Counted from the first letter of the stretch, positions 42,556 to 54,244 are shown. The stretch is 64,000 nucleotides of DNA from an uncultured Pseudomonadales bacterium (GCA_964544755.1 CAZJDL010000001.1:5512-69511), one strand, 5' to 3'. Program-made: numbers and translations. The notes: generated by a model from the sequence alone, not told the origin.

Positions 42556-44775
42556 ATGCCATCTGACATTATCTGCTGCATCGCAGTTCCTACCCCGCTC
42601 AACCACTTGTTCGACTATCTGCCGCCAAAGGAGATGTCCACTGCGGATCTGCAACGGCTAAAACCCGGCCAGCGCCTGCGCGTGCCATTTGGCCCGCGCC
42701 ATATGACGGGTCTGCTGTTGGAGATAAAACAACACACTGACGTACTCCCCGAGCGCCTCAAACACGCCGCCGAGCTGATCGATGACCAACCGCTGTTCGA
42801 CGACGGCTTGCTGAAGCTAGTGCAATGGGTAGCCGACTATTACCACCACCCGCTGGGCGATGCACTGTTCGGCTTCTTACCCGCCTTGCTGCGCCGGGGC
42901 CGGGCCGCAACGCCCAGCAATGCCAAGCTGGTGTGGCGACTCAGCCGACATGGTTTGGGACTGGGTACCGGCGCCCTAAAACGCGCCCCCAAACAAGCCG
43001 CCCTGCTGGCTTTGTTGCAGGACTACAGCGAAGTCGATCGCGACATGCTGGCGGCCGCCGACATTAGCGCCGCTACTGTACGCCGCATGGAACAGAAGCA
43101 GCTTGTCGATCGCCACCAGCTAAACAAACCTTCGCCGGCCAACGTCGAGCGGGCTGCCCGGCAGCAAAAACTGCGGCTCAACCCCGAGCAGCACAATGCG
43201 CTACAGGCAATCAGCTCGGATTTAGGCCATTACAGCTGTAATTTACTCGACGGCGTGACCGGCAGCGGCAAAACCGAAGTCTATATGCAGTTGATCGACA
43301 CCGTGCTGGCAAACGGCCAGCAGGCGCTGGTACTGGTGCCGGAAATCGGCCTGACACCACAGATGCAACAGCGTTTTACGGGCCGTTTCGGTGACTCGGT
43401 GCTCAGCCTGCACAGCGGCCTGAACGATACCGAGCGACTGGACAACTGGTTACAGGCGCGCGCCGGCACGGCGCAGGTCATTGTCGGCACGCGCTCGGCG
43501 GTGCTGACACCAATGCCGCGGCTGGGATTGATCGTGATCGATGAGGAACACGACGGTTCGTTTAAGCAGCAGGACGGCCTACGCTACTCAGCGCGCGACA
43601 TCGCCATCAAGCGTGCCCAGTCTTGCGCCATCCCGATAGTGCTGGGCTCCGCGACGCCGTCGACCGAAAGCCTGAACAACGCAGCCCAGGGTAAATACCG
43701 TCACTTAACCTTGTCGCGCCGCGTTGGCGAGGCGGCAATGCCGCAGTTCGAGATCGTAGATACCAGCACGCAGAACCTGGACGAAGGCCTGTCGGAGCAA
43801 TTGTTGCAGGCCGTCGACCGGCATTTACAGGCGGGCCAGCAGGTGCTGCTGTTTCTAAACCGGCGCGGCTTCGCACCGACCCTGCTGTGCAGCGAGTGCG
43901 GCTGGATTGCGCAATGCAATGCCTGCGACGCGCGCCTAACCTTGCACTCACACACGCGCCAGTTACGTTGTCATCATTGCGACGCCAAGGCCGCTTGGCC
44001 GAGCCGTTGTCCGCACTGCAAGAGCACGCATCTGCAAGCGCTGGGCATTGGCACGCAGCGCAGCGAAGCGGCTTTGAACATGCATTTTCCAGGCACGCCA
44101 GTTATTCGACTGGATCGCGATTCGACCCAGCGCAAGGGCGAGCTGCAAGCGAAATTGGCACAAATTGAACAAGGTGAGCCATCTATACTGCTGGGCACGC
44201 AAATGCTCGCCAAGGGCCACCACTTCCCCGCGATCACCTTGGTTGCGATTATCGACGCCGATGCGGCTTTATTCAGTGCCGATTTTCGCGGGCCGGAACG
44301 CATGGCGCAAACGCTGATCCAGGTTGCCGGTCGGGCCGGCCGCGCCAGCCACCGCGGTGAAGTGTTAATTCAGAGCCAGCTGCCACAACATCCCATGCTC
44401 ACCACCTTGCTGAGCGATGGCTACGCCATTTTTGCGCAGCAGATTTTGACCCAGCGCCAGGATTGCGGCTTGCCGCCGTTCACGCGCATGGCAATGATTC
44501 AGGCCGAGCACAAAAATCTGAACAGCGCGCTGGATGCGCTGCAACAGCTTAAATCAGCCGCGCAGCCGTTACCTCGATCGCTACAATGCATCGGCCCCAT
44601 GCCCGCCGCATTGCTGCGCAAGGCTAATCGTTACCGCGCGCAACTGTCATTATTCGGCACGAATATTAAACATCTGCACCAGGCACTGGCGAAAATTCGA
44701 CACACCATGGACAGCAAACGCGCCGAGCGCGATTTACGCCTGAATATTGATGTCGACCCGGTGGATGCTTATTAA
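42556..44775 (+). CDS. priA: primosomal replication-restart helicase PriA
   Basis: Walker A (GVTGSGKTEVY), a DEEHD box and a Cys-rich zinc-binding insertion. Confidence 0.92.
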   Translation: MPSDIICCIAVPTPLNHLFDYLPPKEMSTADLQRLKPGQRLRVPFGPRHMTGLLLEIKQHTDVLPERLKHAAELIDDQPLFDDGLLKLVQWVADYYHHPLGDALFGFLPALLRRGRAATPSNAKLVWRLSRHGLGLGTGALKRAPKQAALLALLQDYSEVDRDMLAAADISAATVRRMEQKQLVDRHQLNKPSPANVERAARQQKLRLNPEQHNALQAISSDLGHYSCNLLDGVTGSGKTEVYMQLIDTVLANGQQALVLVPEIGLTPQMQQRFTGRFGDSVLSLHSGLNDTERLDNWLQARAGTAQVIVGTRSAVLTPMPRLGLIVIDEEHDGSFKQQDGLRYSARDIAIKRAQSCAIPIVLGSATPSTESLNNAAQGKYRHLTLSRRVGEAAMPQFEIVDTSTQNLDEGLSEQLLQAVDRHLQAGQQVLLFLNRRGFAPTLLCSECGWIAQCNACDARLTLHSHTRQLRCHHCDAKAAWPSRCPHCKSTHLQALGIGTQRSEAALNMHFPGTPVIRLDRDSTQRKGELQAKLAQIEQGEPSILLGTQMLAKGHHFPAITLVAIIDADAALFSADFRGPERMAQTLIQVAGRAGRASHRGEVLIQSQLPQHPMLTTLLSDGYAIFAQQILTQRQDCGLPPFTRMAMIQAEHKNLNSALDALQQLKSAAQPLPRSLQCIGPMPAALLRKANRYRAQLSLFGTNIKHLHQALAKIRHTMDSKRAERDLRLNIDVDPVDAY

Positions 44776-44896
44776 GCAATCTGTGATTTTGTACAAATCG
44801 AGGCGCACTCATTGGCAAGTCCGCGGCAAGTGCGCATAATGGCTGGCCGCATTAACGCCATTACTTTCTCTGCTCCCGGCAAGCCAATCGATTCGA

Positions 44897-46657
44897 ATGA
44901 AGCAACGCATCACGCACCTTATTGACCAGGCCTTGCAGCAGCTCGTTGCGCAGGAAAAACTGCCACCCGCGGGCAATACGCAAATACGGGTTGACGCGGC
45001 GCGCGACAATGCGCACGGCGACTATGCCAGTAATATTGCGCTGAGCCTCGCCAAACAGGCGCGACGTAATCCTCGCGAACTGGCCGAATTAATATGCACG
45101 GCGCTGCAGCAAAGCCATGATATCGACAAGGTCGAGATTGCCGGCCCGGGGTTTATTAATTTCTTCGTTAGCGCGGGCAGCACCAACGCCGTGGTCAAGC
45201 AAGTGCTCGAACAGCAGCAAAGTTTCGGCCGCAGCGCGGTCGGTGCTGGCCAAAAAGTGCAGGTGGAGTTCGTATCCGCCAACCCGACTGGCCCGCTGCA
45301 TGTCGGCCATGGCCGCGGCGCCGCTTACGGCGACGCCGTTGCCGCGCTGCTGGAGGCAACCGGTTGCACGGTAGAACGCGAATATTATGTCAATGACGCC
45401 GGCCGGCAAATGGATATATTGGCGACCAGTGTGTGGCTGCGCTATTTGCAACAGTGTGGCGAGCAGCTGACTTTCCCGGCCAATGGCTACCAGGGCGACT
45501 ATGTGCGCGCCATCGCCGAACAGCTATTCGTCGAACACGGAGAGCTGCTGCGCGCCGGTGCGGACGACGTGCTTACCGCTGTGCCTGCCGACGCCACCCA
45601 CGGAGGCGACCAGGAAAAACACATCGACGGCTTGATCGCCAGCGCCAAAACCCACTTGCAAGAACGCTATGAACAGCTATTCAACGCGGCTCTAAACGGC
45701 ATTCTGGACGATATTCGAGCCGATTTGCAAGAATTTGGCGTGACCTATCACACCTGGTTTTCCGAACGCTCGCTGACCGACGAGCCCAGCCAGATCGACA
45801 AAGCGATTGCGCAACTGCAAGCCAACGGTGTCGTCGAGCCTGAAAACGGCGCGCTGTGGTTTCGCTCGACCCGCTTCGGCGACGATAAGGATCGCGTCGT
45901 GCTACGCGAAAACGGCGAATCTACCTATTTCGCTTCCGATATCGCTTACGTGTTAAATAAATACGAGCGTGGCTACGATAAAATCATCTACGTTTGGGGC
46001 GCGGACCATCACGGCTATATCGCGCGCGTCTATGCGGCGATTAAAGCCCTGGGGCTGGAGCCGGCAACGGTCAGCATAAAGTTGGTGCAATTTGTTCACT
46101 TGTACCGCGGCAAGCAGCAAATTCAAATGTCGACCCGTAGCGGCGAGTTTGTCACCCTGCGCGAATTGCGCGAAGAAGTCGGCACCGATGCCACGCGCTT
46201 CTTTTATTTGATGCGGCGCTGCGAACAAACCACCGATTTTGACCTCGACCTGGCCAAATCACAAAGCAAAGACAACCCGGTATACTACGTGCAGTACGCG
46301 CACGCGCGAGTCTGCAGCGTGTTCAAAAAACTCGACCAGGCCGGCCGCCAGTGGGATTCGGCGAATGGACTGAATCACCTCGGCAGCCTGATCGAAGAAC
46401 ACGAACAAAACCTGATGCGTAAACTGACCGCCTACCCCGAAATGCTTGCCAGGGCGGCGCAAAAGTACGAACCGCATCTGCTCACCACCTATTTGCGCGA
46501 ATTGGCCGCCGACTTTCACACTTACTACAATGCGCACAAGATGCTTATCGACGATGCCAATCTGCGCGACGCGCGTCTGTGTCTGAGCGCCGCGGCACGC
46601 CAGGTGATCGCTAACGGCTTACAGTTACTTGGAGTCTCGGCCCCGGAGAGCATGTAA
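44897..46657 (+). CDS. argS: arginine--tRNA ligase
   Basis: Class I HVGH motif (PLHVGHGRGAA) and full-length ArgS-like sequence. Confidence 0.93.
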   Translation: MKQRITHLIDQALQQLVAQEKLPPAGNTQIRVDAARDNAHGDYASNIALSLAKQARRNPRELAELICTALQQSHDIDKVEIAGPGFINFFVSAGSTNAVVKQVLEQQQSFGRSAVGAGQKVQVEFVSANPTGPLHVGHGRGAAYGDAVAALLEATGCTVEREYYVNDAGRQMDILATSVWLRYLQQCGEQLTFPANGYQGDYVRAIAEQLFVEHGELLRAGADDVLTAVPADATHGGDQEKHIDGLIASAKTHLQERYEQLFNAALNGILDDIRADLQEFGVTYHTWFSERSLTDEPSQIDKAIAQLQANGVVEPENGALWFRSTRFGDDKDRVVLRENGESTYFASDIAYVLNKYERGYDKIIYVWGADHHGYIARVYAAIKALGLEPATVSIKLVQFVHLYRGKQQIQMSTRSGEFVTLRELREEVGTDATRFFYLMRRCEQTTDFDLDLAKSQSKDNPVYYVQYAHARVCSVFKKLDQAGRQWDSANGLNHLGSLIEEHEQNLMRKLTAYPEMLARAAQKYEPHLLTTYLRELAADFHTYYNAHKMLIDDANLRDARLCLSAAARQVIANGLQLLGVSAPESM

Positions 46658-46659
46658 GC

Positions 46660-47295
46660 ATGGCGCAGGATTTTGCCAAACGGCGTAGCAATAATGGGCG
46701 CCGGGCAAAAAAAGGGGGTAACTCGGGCCCGATATGGCTGGTCACCGGCCTGTTGTGCGGCTTCTTTCTGGCCTTTTTGCTGCAGCTGGCCGGCGTAAGC
46801 CTGGTGCCAAATAACGCCGACCGCGTGGCCGCCCCCGTAGCGGATTCAGAGCTGAACACCACGAATCAGGAACGAGGACAACCCGCAAAAAAACCGCGCT
46901 TCGAGTTTTATGCCCTGCTGCCGGAAGCGAAAGTGGAGGTGCAGGAAGAAGCGGAAGTTCCGGTTGCGGAGTCCTCTTCGAGTACGGCGCTGAAAAACAC
47001 CGAACAAAGTAAGCCATTGGCAAGCACCCGACGAGACACGCCAGCCACCAACGCTACCCGGTATGTTTTACAGGCCGGATCGTTTAAAAGCCACAGCGAT
47101 GCCGATCGACTGCGCGCCAGGTTATTGTTGATGGGACTTGAAGCCAGTATCGAAAAGGTCAGATTAAGCGGCACCGACAACCGCCACCGGGTGCATGTGG
47201 GTCCGTTTGTGGCGCGCGCGGAAATGCTTGATGCCCGCAAGCAGCTAACCAAGGCTCGGATAGACACGCTGCTGCTGGAACGCAAGATTCGCTAG
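46660..47295 (+). CDS. SPOR-domain membrane protein (FtsN-like position)
   Basis: N-terminal basic region plus a TM segment, a linker, and a C-terminal SPOR domain (YVLQAGSFKSHSDADRLRARL). It lies between argS and hslV. Confidence 0.75.
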   Translation: MAQDFAKRRSNNGRRAKKGGNSGPIWLVTGLLCGFFLAFLLQLAGVSLVPNNADRVAAPVADSELNTTNQERGQPAKKPRFEFYALLPEAKVEVQEEAEVPVAESSSSTALKNTEQSKPLASTRRDTPATNATRYVLQAGSFKSHSDADRLRARLLLMGLEASIEKVRLSGTDNRHRVHVGPFVARAEMLDARKQLTKARIDTLLLERKIR

Positions 47296-47443
47296 TGTAC
47301 CGTAACGAGTAAAGTGTACCTAGCAGAAGTCATCAAAGTCAGTGCACTAGGAGGCTGCTTGAAGCTGGCAACCGCAGTGGGATCATGAAAGTATGCACGC
47401 GCTCTTAATGCACATCTTTTCCGCACCCAACTGCAGTTTCCAG
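47292..47443. repeat. composite intergenic repeat: CTAG-hairpin module (47292-47323), GTGCACTAG fragment (47342-47350) and a short form of the MITE-like element (47365-47443)
   Basis: CTAGTGTACCGTAACGAGTAAAGTGTACCTAG aligns with the 34-bp repeat at 10748. Positions 47365-47443 align with both ends of the 30957-31140 element, with about 100 bp of its centre missing. Confidence 0.8.
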
Positions 47444-47548
47444 GTTGAAATTTGCCATCCGCGACCCATATTTTACAGTTAACGATTGTTTTTGCATTCG
47501 CGGCAACTAAATAGCGCCGCAACAGATTGACTAGAAGAGGCTCTATAC

Positions 47549-48094
47549 GTGGAACAATATCGCGGTACCACCATTTTGTCTGTGCGCCGCAACGGCAAGG
47601 TCGTCATCGGCGGCGATGGTCAGGTCTCACAAGGCAATACCATTATGAAAGGCAATGCACGCAAAGTGCGGCGCCTGTATAACGATAAGGTGCTCGCCGG
47701 TTTCGCCGGTGGTACGGCAGACGCGTTCACCTTATTCGAGCTGTTTGAGGCACAACTGGAAAAACACCAGGGCAAACTCACCCGCGCCGCGGTCGAGCTG
47801 GCCAAGGCCTGGCGCACCGAACGCGCACTGCGCCGGCTGGAAGCATTGCTGGCCGTGGCCGACGCTGAAGCATCGTTGATTATTACCGGCAACGGCGACG
47901 TCATCGAACCCGAAGATTACCTGATCGCCATCGGGTCGGGCGGCCCGTTCGCCCAGTCGGCCGCCCGCGCGCTGCTCGATAATACCGAGTTGTCGGCCCG
48001 CGATATTGTCGACAAAGGCCTGCACATCGCCGCCGACATTTGTATTTACACCAACCACCACCGGACGATTGAAGAACTGGATTGCAACGCATGA
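47549..48094 (+). CDS. hslV: ATP-dependent protease subunit HslV
   Basis: [21 protein letters not shown] core. GTG start with GAGG 8 nt upstream. The stop overlaps the hslU start. Confidence 0.9.
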   Translation: MEQYRGTTILSVRRNGKVVIGGDGQVSQGNTIMKGNARKVRRLYNDKVLAGFAGGTADAFTLFELFEAQLEKHQGKLTRAAVELAKAWRTERALRRLEALLAVADAEASLIITGNGDVIEPEDYLIAIGSGGPFAQSAARALLDNTELSARDIVDKGLHIAADICIYTNHHRTIEELDCNA

Positions 48095-49410
48095 GCACCA
48101 TGACTCCACGCGAAATTGTTCACGAATTGGACAAGCACATCATCGGCCAGAACGAGGCCAAGCGCGCCGTCGCCATTGCGCTGCGTAACCGTTGGCGCCG
48201 CATGCAGCTCGGCGAACATCTGCGCGAAGAAATCACACCGAAGAATATTTTGATGATCGGTCCGACCGGTGTCGGCAAGACCGAAGTCGCCCGGCGGTTG
48301 GCCAAGCTGGCCAACGCGCCGTTTATTAAAGTCGAAGCGACTAAATTTACCGAGGTCGGTTATGTCGGCCGCGACGTGGAATCGATCATTCGCGACTTGG
48401 TCGACGGCGCGGTCAAGAAACTGCGCGAAGAGGAAGTCGGCAAAGTCGAAAATCGTGCCATGGACGCCGCCGAAGACCGCATCCTCAACACCGTACTGCC
48501 GCCAGCGCGCGACGGGGTAACCGAAGACAAGGAAACCGGCACCCGCCAGCTATTTCGCAAGAAGCTGCGTGAGGGCGAACTGGACGATAAGGAAATAGAA
48601 ATCGAAGTACGCGCCACACCGGTGGGAGTTGAGATTATGGCGCCACCCGGCATGGAAGAGATGACCAGTCAACTGCAGGGCATGTTTTCCAATATGGGCG
48701 GCGACCGTAAGCGCACGCGCAAACTGACGGTCAAAGCCGCGCTCAAGGCACTGCGCGACGAGGAAGCCGCCAAACTGATCAACGAAGACGAATTGAAAGT
48801 ACATGCGCTTGAAAGCGCCGAACAAAACGGCATCGTGTTCATCGACGAGCTCGACAAAGTCGCCAAACGCTCGGAGACCACCGGCGCCGACGTATCGCGC
48901 GAAGGCGTGCAGCGCGACCTGCTGCCGCTCATTGAAGGCAGCACGGTCAGCACTAAATACGGCATGCTGCGCACCGACCATATTTTATTTATCGCATCGG
49001 GCGCGTTTCATTTGGCCAAGCCATCTGACCTTATTCCGGAACTGCAGGGGCGGCTGCCCATTCGGGTCGAGCTGCAAGCGCTGACGCCGGAAGATTTTCA
49101 ACGCATATTAACCGAACCCGACGCCTCGCTGACCGAGCAATACGAGGCCTTGCTTGGAACCGAGGGCCTTGAAGTGAAGTTTAGCGAAGACGGCATCCGC
49201 AAAATTGCCGAAATCGCCTGGGAAGTCAACGAGCGTACCGAAAACATCGGCGCCCGCCGCTTGCATACGGTATTGGAACGCTTGCTGGAAGAAGCTTCGT
49301 TTGCTGCGACCGATACGCACGAAGACACACTGCTGGTCGATGCCGCGTACGTTGAAAAACACGTCGGCGAATTGGCTCAAGACGACGATTTAAGCCGCTT
49401 TATCCTGTAG
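48091..49410 (+). CDS. hslU: ATP-dependent protease ATPase subunit HslU
   Basis: Walker A ([15 protein letters not shown]) and full-length HslU-like sequence. Start set at the ATG that overlaps the hslV stop (ATGA). Confidence 0.93.
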   Translation: MSTMTPREIVHELDKHIIGQNEAKRAVAIALRNRWRRMQLGEHLREEITPKNILMIGPTGVGKTEVARRLAKLANAPFIKVEATKFTEVGYVGRDVESIIRDLVDGAVKKLREEEVGKVENRAMDAAEDRILNTVLPPARDGVTEDKETGTRQLFRKKLREGELDDKEIEIEVRATPVGVEIMAPPGMEEMTSQLQGMFSNMGGDRKRTRKLTVKAALKALRDEEAAKLINEDELKVHALESAEQNGIVFIDELDKVAKRSETTGADVSREGVQRDLLPLIEGSTVSTKYGMLRTDHILFIASGAFHLAKPSDLIPELQGRLPIRVELQALTPEDFQRILTEPDASLTEQYEALLGTEGLEVKFSEDGIRKIAEIAWEVNERTENIGARRLHTVLERLLEEASFAATDTHEDTLLVDAAYVEKHVGELAQDDDLSRFIL

Positions 49411-49415
49411 CGCTA

Positions 49416-49796
49416 ATGACGACTCCGACACACATTCATCTGCACAAACACGCGCAGGAGTTGGAACTCGTGTATGCAGCCGGTGAATCGTATCGGCTGA
49501 AAAGCGAGTATCTGCGGGTCTATTCGCCCTCGGCCGAAGTACGCGGCCATGGCAAAGATCAAGAAGTGCTGCAAAGCGGTAAAAAATACGTGAATATCCA
49601 GGCGCTACACCCGGTAGGCAATTACGCGATTCAACTGGTGTTTACCGACGGCCACGACACCGGCATTTACTCCTGGGACTATCTGTACGAACTTTGCGTC
49701 CAACAGGAACGGAAGTGGACCGCCTACCTGAGGCGCCTGGCAGCGGCCAAGGCCAGCCGCGAACCGGTATCGGAGCCGATTATTTTCAAAGGCTAG
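49416..49796 (+). CDS. DUF971-family protein (gamma-butyrobetaine hydroxylase-like N-terminal domain)
   Basis: 126 aa with a YSPSAEVRGHG...HPVGNYAIQLVFTDGHDTGIYSWDYL pattern typical of DUF971. It has the conserved position after hslU. Confidence 0.65.
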   Translation: MTTPTHIHLHKHAQELELVYAAGESYRLKSEYLRVYSPSAEVRGHGKDQEVLQSGKKYVNIQALHPVGNYAIQLVFTDGHDTGIYSWDYLYELCVQQERKWTAYLRRLAAAKASREPVSEPIIFKG

Positions 49797-49843
49797 GGCC
49801 TTTGCTTTATGGGTGACCTACTTTTTATGGATGGCATAAGGGC

Positions 49844-50593
49844 ATGAACGATAAAACAAAGACCCACTTTGGCTACCGCGAGGTCGATGTCGAAGAAAAA
49901 GAGAGCCTGGTGGCCCACGTATTCGATTCGGTTGCCGGTAAATACGACATAATGAACGACTTGATGTCGGCCGGCATACACCGCATCTGGAAACGCTTCA
50001 CCATTGAGGTCAGTGGTGTTCGCGCCGGACACCGCGTGTTGGACATTGCCGGTGGCACGGGGGATATGGCGCAGAAGTTTCACGCCATGGCCGGGGACGA
50101 GGGTCACGTGGTGCTGGCAGACATTAACGCCGCCATGCTGCGGGTGGGCCGCGATCGGCTCACCGACCGCGGTATTTGCAGTAACCTCGATTACGTGCAG
50201 GCCAACGCCGAATGCTTACCGTTTGCCGAAGACCATTTTAACTGCGTCACTATCGCCTTCGGTTTACGCAACGTGACCAACCAAGACGCGGCTTTGCGCT
50301 CAATGCTGGATGTACTGAAACCCGGCGGCAAGCTATTGATACTGGAATTCTCCAAACCGAAAAATGAACTGTTAAGCAAGGCCTACGACGCCTACTCGTT
50401 CGCCGTCTTGCCGCGACTGGGCAAACTGATCAGCAACGACAGCGACAGCTATCAATACCTGGCCGAATCGATTCGCAAACACCCGGATCAGGAAACCCTG
50501 CAAGATATGATGATAGAAGCCGGCTTCGCTAACTGCGAATACCACAATATGACCGGCGGTATTGTCGCTTTGCACATCGGCACAAAACCATAA
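49844..50593 (+). CDS. ubiE: ubiquinone/menaquinone C-methyltransferase UbiE
   Basis: THFGYREV start region, SAM motif ([10 protein letters not shown]) and a C-terminal GGIVALHIG. Confidence 0.92.
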   Translation: MNDKTKTHFGYREVDVEEKESLVAHVFDSVAGKYDIMNDLMSAGIHRIWKRFTIEVSGVRAGHRVLDIAGGTGDMAQKFHAMAGDEGHVVLADINAAMLRVGRDRLTDRGICSNLDYVQANAECLPFAEDHFNCVTIAFGLRNVTNQDAALRSMLDVLKPGGKLLILEFSKPKNELLSKAYDAYSFAVLPRLGKLISNDSDSYQYLAESIRKHPDQETLQDMMIEAGFANCEYHNMTGGIVALHIGTKP

Positions 50594-51225
50594 TGACAGA
50601 CCCCGCACTGCAAACCGCCGCGCTCGGCAGCCTTGAATTTGTGATCAACAAAGCACTGCAGCTCGACCCCGGCACCAGCGCGCGGCTGGCTGCCATGCAA
50701 GGTCTGACGCTAAAAGTAGAATGCACCGCGCCCGCATTTACTGTGTACGTGCAGCCTGGAGAGCAAGGACTGCGCCTGAAAAGCTGGAACGACCTGGTGC
50801 CCGACAGCGGCATCAGCGGCACCTTGTCTGAATTTACTCGGCTATTGCAGGCGCAAGACAAAGCCTCGGCATTGGTGAACGGCGCTTTCCGGATCAGCGG
50901 CGACAGCGGCCCGCTGTTGCAATTACAGGAAATACTGGTGCAACTGGAGATCGATTGGGAACAACCCATAGCGCGATTGCTAGGCGATGTGGCCGGCCAT
51001 CAGGTGGGCAAGTTTATCCGCGGCTCGCTGGCTTGGGGCAAACACGCGTCCGGCAGTTTGCAGCGCAACGTGGAAGAGTTTATCCACGAAGAGGCGCGCT
51101 TGCTGCCGCCACGGCTGGAACTGGAAAACTTCTATGCTGATGTTGGCGCCCTGCAATTGCGCGTTGATCGTCTTGCCGCGCGGGTGCGTAAAACGCGGCA
51201 AAATCTAACGCCCGAAGCCGAATAA
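50593..51225 (+). CDS. ubiJ: ubiquinone biosynthesis accessory factor UbiJ (SCP2 domain)
   Basis: Lies between ubiE and ubiB, with an SCP2-like N-terminal region. Confidence 0.7.
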   Translation: MTDPALQTAALGSLEFVINKALQLDPGTSARLAAMQGLTLKVECTAPAFTVYVQPGEQGLRLKSWNDLVPDSGISGTLSEFTRLLQAQDKASALVNGAFRISGDSGPLLQLQEILVQLEIDWEQPIARLLGDVAGHQVGKFIRGSLAWGKHASGSLQRNVEEFIHEEARLLPPRLELENFYADVGALQLRVDRLAARVRKTRQNLTPEAE

Positions 51226-51226
51226 C

Positions 51227-52858
51227 GTGCGCGGGCTGCGGCGCTTAAGCAAAATAATTCGGGTAACGCTGCGCTACCGGCTCGATCTGCTGCTCAATAC
51301 CAGCTCTCTGCCCTGGCATATCCGCACCCTGTTGCTACCGGCCCGGGCGTTCCCGGCCGGCACGCTCGGCCGCGGCCAACGCATCCGCCTGGCACTGGAA
51401 GAGCTGGGCCCGATCTTTATCAAGTTTGGGCAAATGCTGTCGACCCAACCCGACCTTGTTCCGGCCGACATCGCCGAACAACTCAGCGAGCTGCAAGACA
51501 ATGTGGCGCCGTTTGATGAGGCGCTGGCGGCGGCGACTATCGAGGCGGCGCTAGAACAAAAAATAAGTACCGTGTTCGACAGCTTTGACAGTACCCCCAT
51601 GGCTTCCGCCTCGGTTGCCCAGGTACACGCCGCGGTTTTACAGGATGGCAGCAACGTTGTGGTCAAGGTGCTGCGCCCGGGTATTGAGAAAGTGATTCAG
51701 CAGGATATTAAACTGCTGTTTTCGCTGGCGCGCCTGGTGCAGCGTTACGCCCCCGATGGCCGCCGCTTGCGGCCGCTGGAAGTGGTTAACGATTACCAGC
51801 ACACCATCATGGATGAACTGGACCTGCAGCGCGAAGCGGCCAACGCCGCCCAGTTGAAACGCAACTTCGCCGACTCGGATATGTTGTACGTACCAGAGAT
51901 CTATTGGGACTATACCCGTACTAACGTTTTCGTTATGGAGCGCATCTCCGGTATTGCCGTGACCGATGTTGCCGCGCTACGGGCCGGCAATACCAATATG
52001 GAAGTATTGGCGAAACGCGGGGTAGAGATATTTTTCACCCAGGTATTACGCGACAGTTTTTTTCATGCCGACATGCACCCCGGCAATATTTTCGTCGATA
52101 TCCAGAACCCGGAAAAACCGCGCTATATCGCCGTAGATTGCGCGATTATCGGCAGCCTTTCAGACCACGATCAGTATTATTTAGCGCGTAACTTGCTGGC
52201 AATTTTTCAGCGCGACTATCGCCTGGTCGCACAACTGCATATCGAATGCGGCTGGGTGCCCGAGAGCACCCGGGTCAACGACTTCGAGGCGGCTATTCGC
52301 ACAGTGTGCGAACCGGTGTTCCAAAAACCCATCGGCGAGCTTTCGTTTGGTCAATTACTGGTGCATTTATTCACTGTTGCACGCCGCTTCGATATGACCG
52401 TGCAACCGAGCCTGGTGCTGCTGCAAAAAACCCTGCTCAATATCGAAGGTCTCGGGCGTCAGCTGTACCCACAGCTCGACCTGTGGCAAACCGCGCAGCC
52501 GTTTCTGGAACGCTGGGTTGAGGAACGCTACGCCCCGGCCCAGGTCTTGCGACGCCTGCAACGGCAGGCGCCTTCGTGGCTGGAACAATTACCGCAAGTG
52601 CCCGATTTATTGCTAAAAAGCCTGCAGCAAAGTCAACATCTCGCCGAGCTGACCCAGCTGCAACAGCAGCAGCTGGCGCAAATGCGCAGTACCGAGAAAA
52701 AAGCCCAACGGCGGCGCTTGCTGGCCCTGGTTGCCCTGCTGGCCACTGCCGGGCTGGTGCTGCTCAACCCCGCGGCGGTGCAACTGGTGGCTGGTGACCT
52801 GACAAAGACTGGCCTGCTAATCGGCGGCTTTGCATTGGCGATCTTCCTGTTGGGGTAA
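51227..52858 (+). CDS. ubiB: ubiquinone biosynthesis regulatory kinase-like protein UbiB
   Basis: ABC1/UbiB kinase-like motifs ([22 protein letters not shown]) and C-terminal TM helices. Confidence 0.9.
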   Translation: MRGLRRLSKIIRVTLRYRLDLLLNTSSLPWHIRTLLLPARAFPAGTLGRGQRIRLALEELGPIFIKFGQMLSTQPDLVPADIAEQLSELQDNVAPFDEALAAATIEAALEQKISTVFDSFDSTPMASASVAQVHAAVLQDGSNVVVKVLRPGIEKVIQQDIKLLFSLARLVQRYAPDGRRLRPLEVVNDYQHTIMDELDLQREAANAAQLKRNFADSDMLYVPEIYWDYTRTNVFVMERISGIAVTDVAALRAGNTNMEVLAKRGVEIFFTQVLRDSFFHADMHPGNIFVDIQNPEKPRYIAVDCAIIGSLSDHDQYYLARNLLAIFQRDYRLVAQLHIECGWVPESTRVNDFEAAIRTVCEPVFQKPIGELSFGQLLVHLFTVARRFDMTVQPSLVLLQKTLLNIEGLGRQLYPQLDLWQTAQPFLERWVEERYAPAQVLRRLQRQAPSWLEQLPQVPDLLLKSLQQSQHLAELTQLQQQQLAQMRSTEKKAQRRRLLALVALLATAGLVLLNPAAVQLVAGDLTKTGLLIGGFALAIFLLG

Positions 52859-52910
52859 TGAATTTCCGGCTGTGCCATAATATAGCGCCATAAACTGATA
52901 GCACTAGATT

Positions 52911-53303
52911 ATGCTTGATACCGCATTTTTAGATGACATTAAGTGGGATGCTGGCGGACTGGTGCCGGCCATCGCGCAAGACTATCAGAACCGGCGCGTT
53001 CTCATGGTCGCGTGGATGGATCGTACGGCGCTCACAGAGACTGTGCAAAGCGGGCAAGCGGTGTATTATTCACGTTCACGACAAAAACTCTGGCATAAAG
53101 GTGAACAGTCGGGGCACGTGCAGCACGTCAGGGAAATTCGTCTCGACTGCGATGCAGACGTTATTACCTTATTAGTTGAGCAAATCGGTGGTATCGCTTG
53201 TCATACTGGCAGGGAAAGTTGTTTTTATCGCAAGCTGGAAGACGGCCAGTGGCGCAGCGTAGAACCGGTGTTGAAAGATCCAGCGCAAATTTATTCGAGC
53301 TAG
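52911..53303 (+). CDS. hisI: phosphoribosyl-AMP cyclohydrolase
   Basis: 130 aa with the GLVPAIAQD...[16 protein letters not shown] motif. Confidence 0.9.
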   Translation: MLDTAFLDDIKWDAGGLVPAIAQDYQNRRVLMVAWMDRTALTETVQSGQAVYYSRSRQKLWHKGEQSGHVQHVREIRLDCDADVITLLVEQIGGIACHTGRESCFYRKLEDGQWRSVEPVLKDPAQIYSS

Positions 53304-53313
53304 CTGATCTGCA

Positions 53314-53655
53314 ATGAACGATGTACTCCAACAGTTGACCGATATTATTCAGCAACGCATTGAAGCCGGTGATAGCGAAAGCTCGTACGTGGCCAAACTA
53401 CACGCGGCGGGTTTGGACAAGATACTGCAAAAGGTCGGCGAAGAGGCAACTGAGACTATTATTGCCGCCAAAAACGCCGAGCAATTTTCCACTAACGATA
53501 AGCTTGTGCACGAAACCGCAGACCTGGTATTCCATACCCTGGTCATGCTCGCGGCACTGGGAGTCGATTTCAACGCGGTACTGAAGGAGCTTGAGCAGCG
53601 CTTTGGCACGTCGGGTATCAACGAGAAGCAAAGCCGTGGCAAGGCCAAGAATTAA
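53314..53655 (+). CDS. hisE: phosphoribosyl-ATP pyrophosphatase
   Basis: 113 aa with SYVAKL...[13 protein letters not shown] (MazG-like HisE). Confidence 0.9.
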   Translation: MNDVLQQLTDIIQQRIEAGDSESSYVAKLHAAGLDKILQKVGEEATETIIAAKNAEQFSTNDKLVHETADLVFHTLVMLAALGVDFNAVLKELEQRFGTSGINEKQSRGKAKN

Positions 53656-53672
53656 CATATCTGGAGGTTAAC

Positions 53673-53900
53673 ATGGGAATCGGTGGCATAAGCATTTGGC
53701 AACTATTGATCGTATTGGCCATTGTAGTGATGTTGTTTGGCACGAAAAGGCTGCGCAACCTGGGCAGCGATTTGGGCGAGGCGATAAAGGGTTTTCGTAA
53801 ATCCATCGTCGACAAGGAAGGCGACGCCGACCCCTTCGAACAGAATAAAGACAACGTGATTGATGGCAAAGCCGAGGAGCTCAAGGAGAACGGCAAGTAG
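53673..53900 (+). CDS. tatA: twin-arginine translocase subunit TatA
   Basis: TM helix followed by the [14 protein letters not shown] amphipathic motif. Confidence 0.92.
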   Translation: MGIGGISIWQLLIVLAIVVMLFGTKRLRNLGSDLGEAIKGFRKSIVDKEGDADPFEQNKDNVIDGKAEELKENGK

Positions 53901-53932
53901 TTCTTGCGACCTTATTCTTCTAGCTAACGCCT

Positions 53933-54244
53933 GTGTTTGATATTGGTTTTGCCGAACTACTGCTGATTGCCGTCGTCAGCCTACTGGTCATTGGCCCGGA
54001 ACAACTACCGGCCACTGTGCGCACCATCAGTCTGTGGCTAGGACGCATGCGGCGTAGCTTTAATGAGATCAAGGCCGACATTGAGCGCGAGATTGGCGCC
54101 GATGATATCAAGCGCCAACTGCACAACGAAACCATTCTCAAAGAACTGGAAAACACGCGCGCCGAATTAAGCGCTATTGCCAACGACACCGAACAAAGCG
54201 TCAAAAAAATCTTGCCAGCGGACGACTCAGATGACAAACCATGA
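53933..54244 (+). CDS. tatB: twin-arginine translocase subunit TatB
   Basis: [27 protein letters not shown]-terminus with a GTG start. Confidence 0.9.
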   Translation: MFDIGFAELLLIAVVSLLVIGPEQLPATVRTISLWLGRMRRSFNEIKADIEREIGADDIKRQLHNETILKELENTRAELSAIANDTEQSVKKILPADDSDDKP

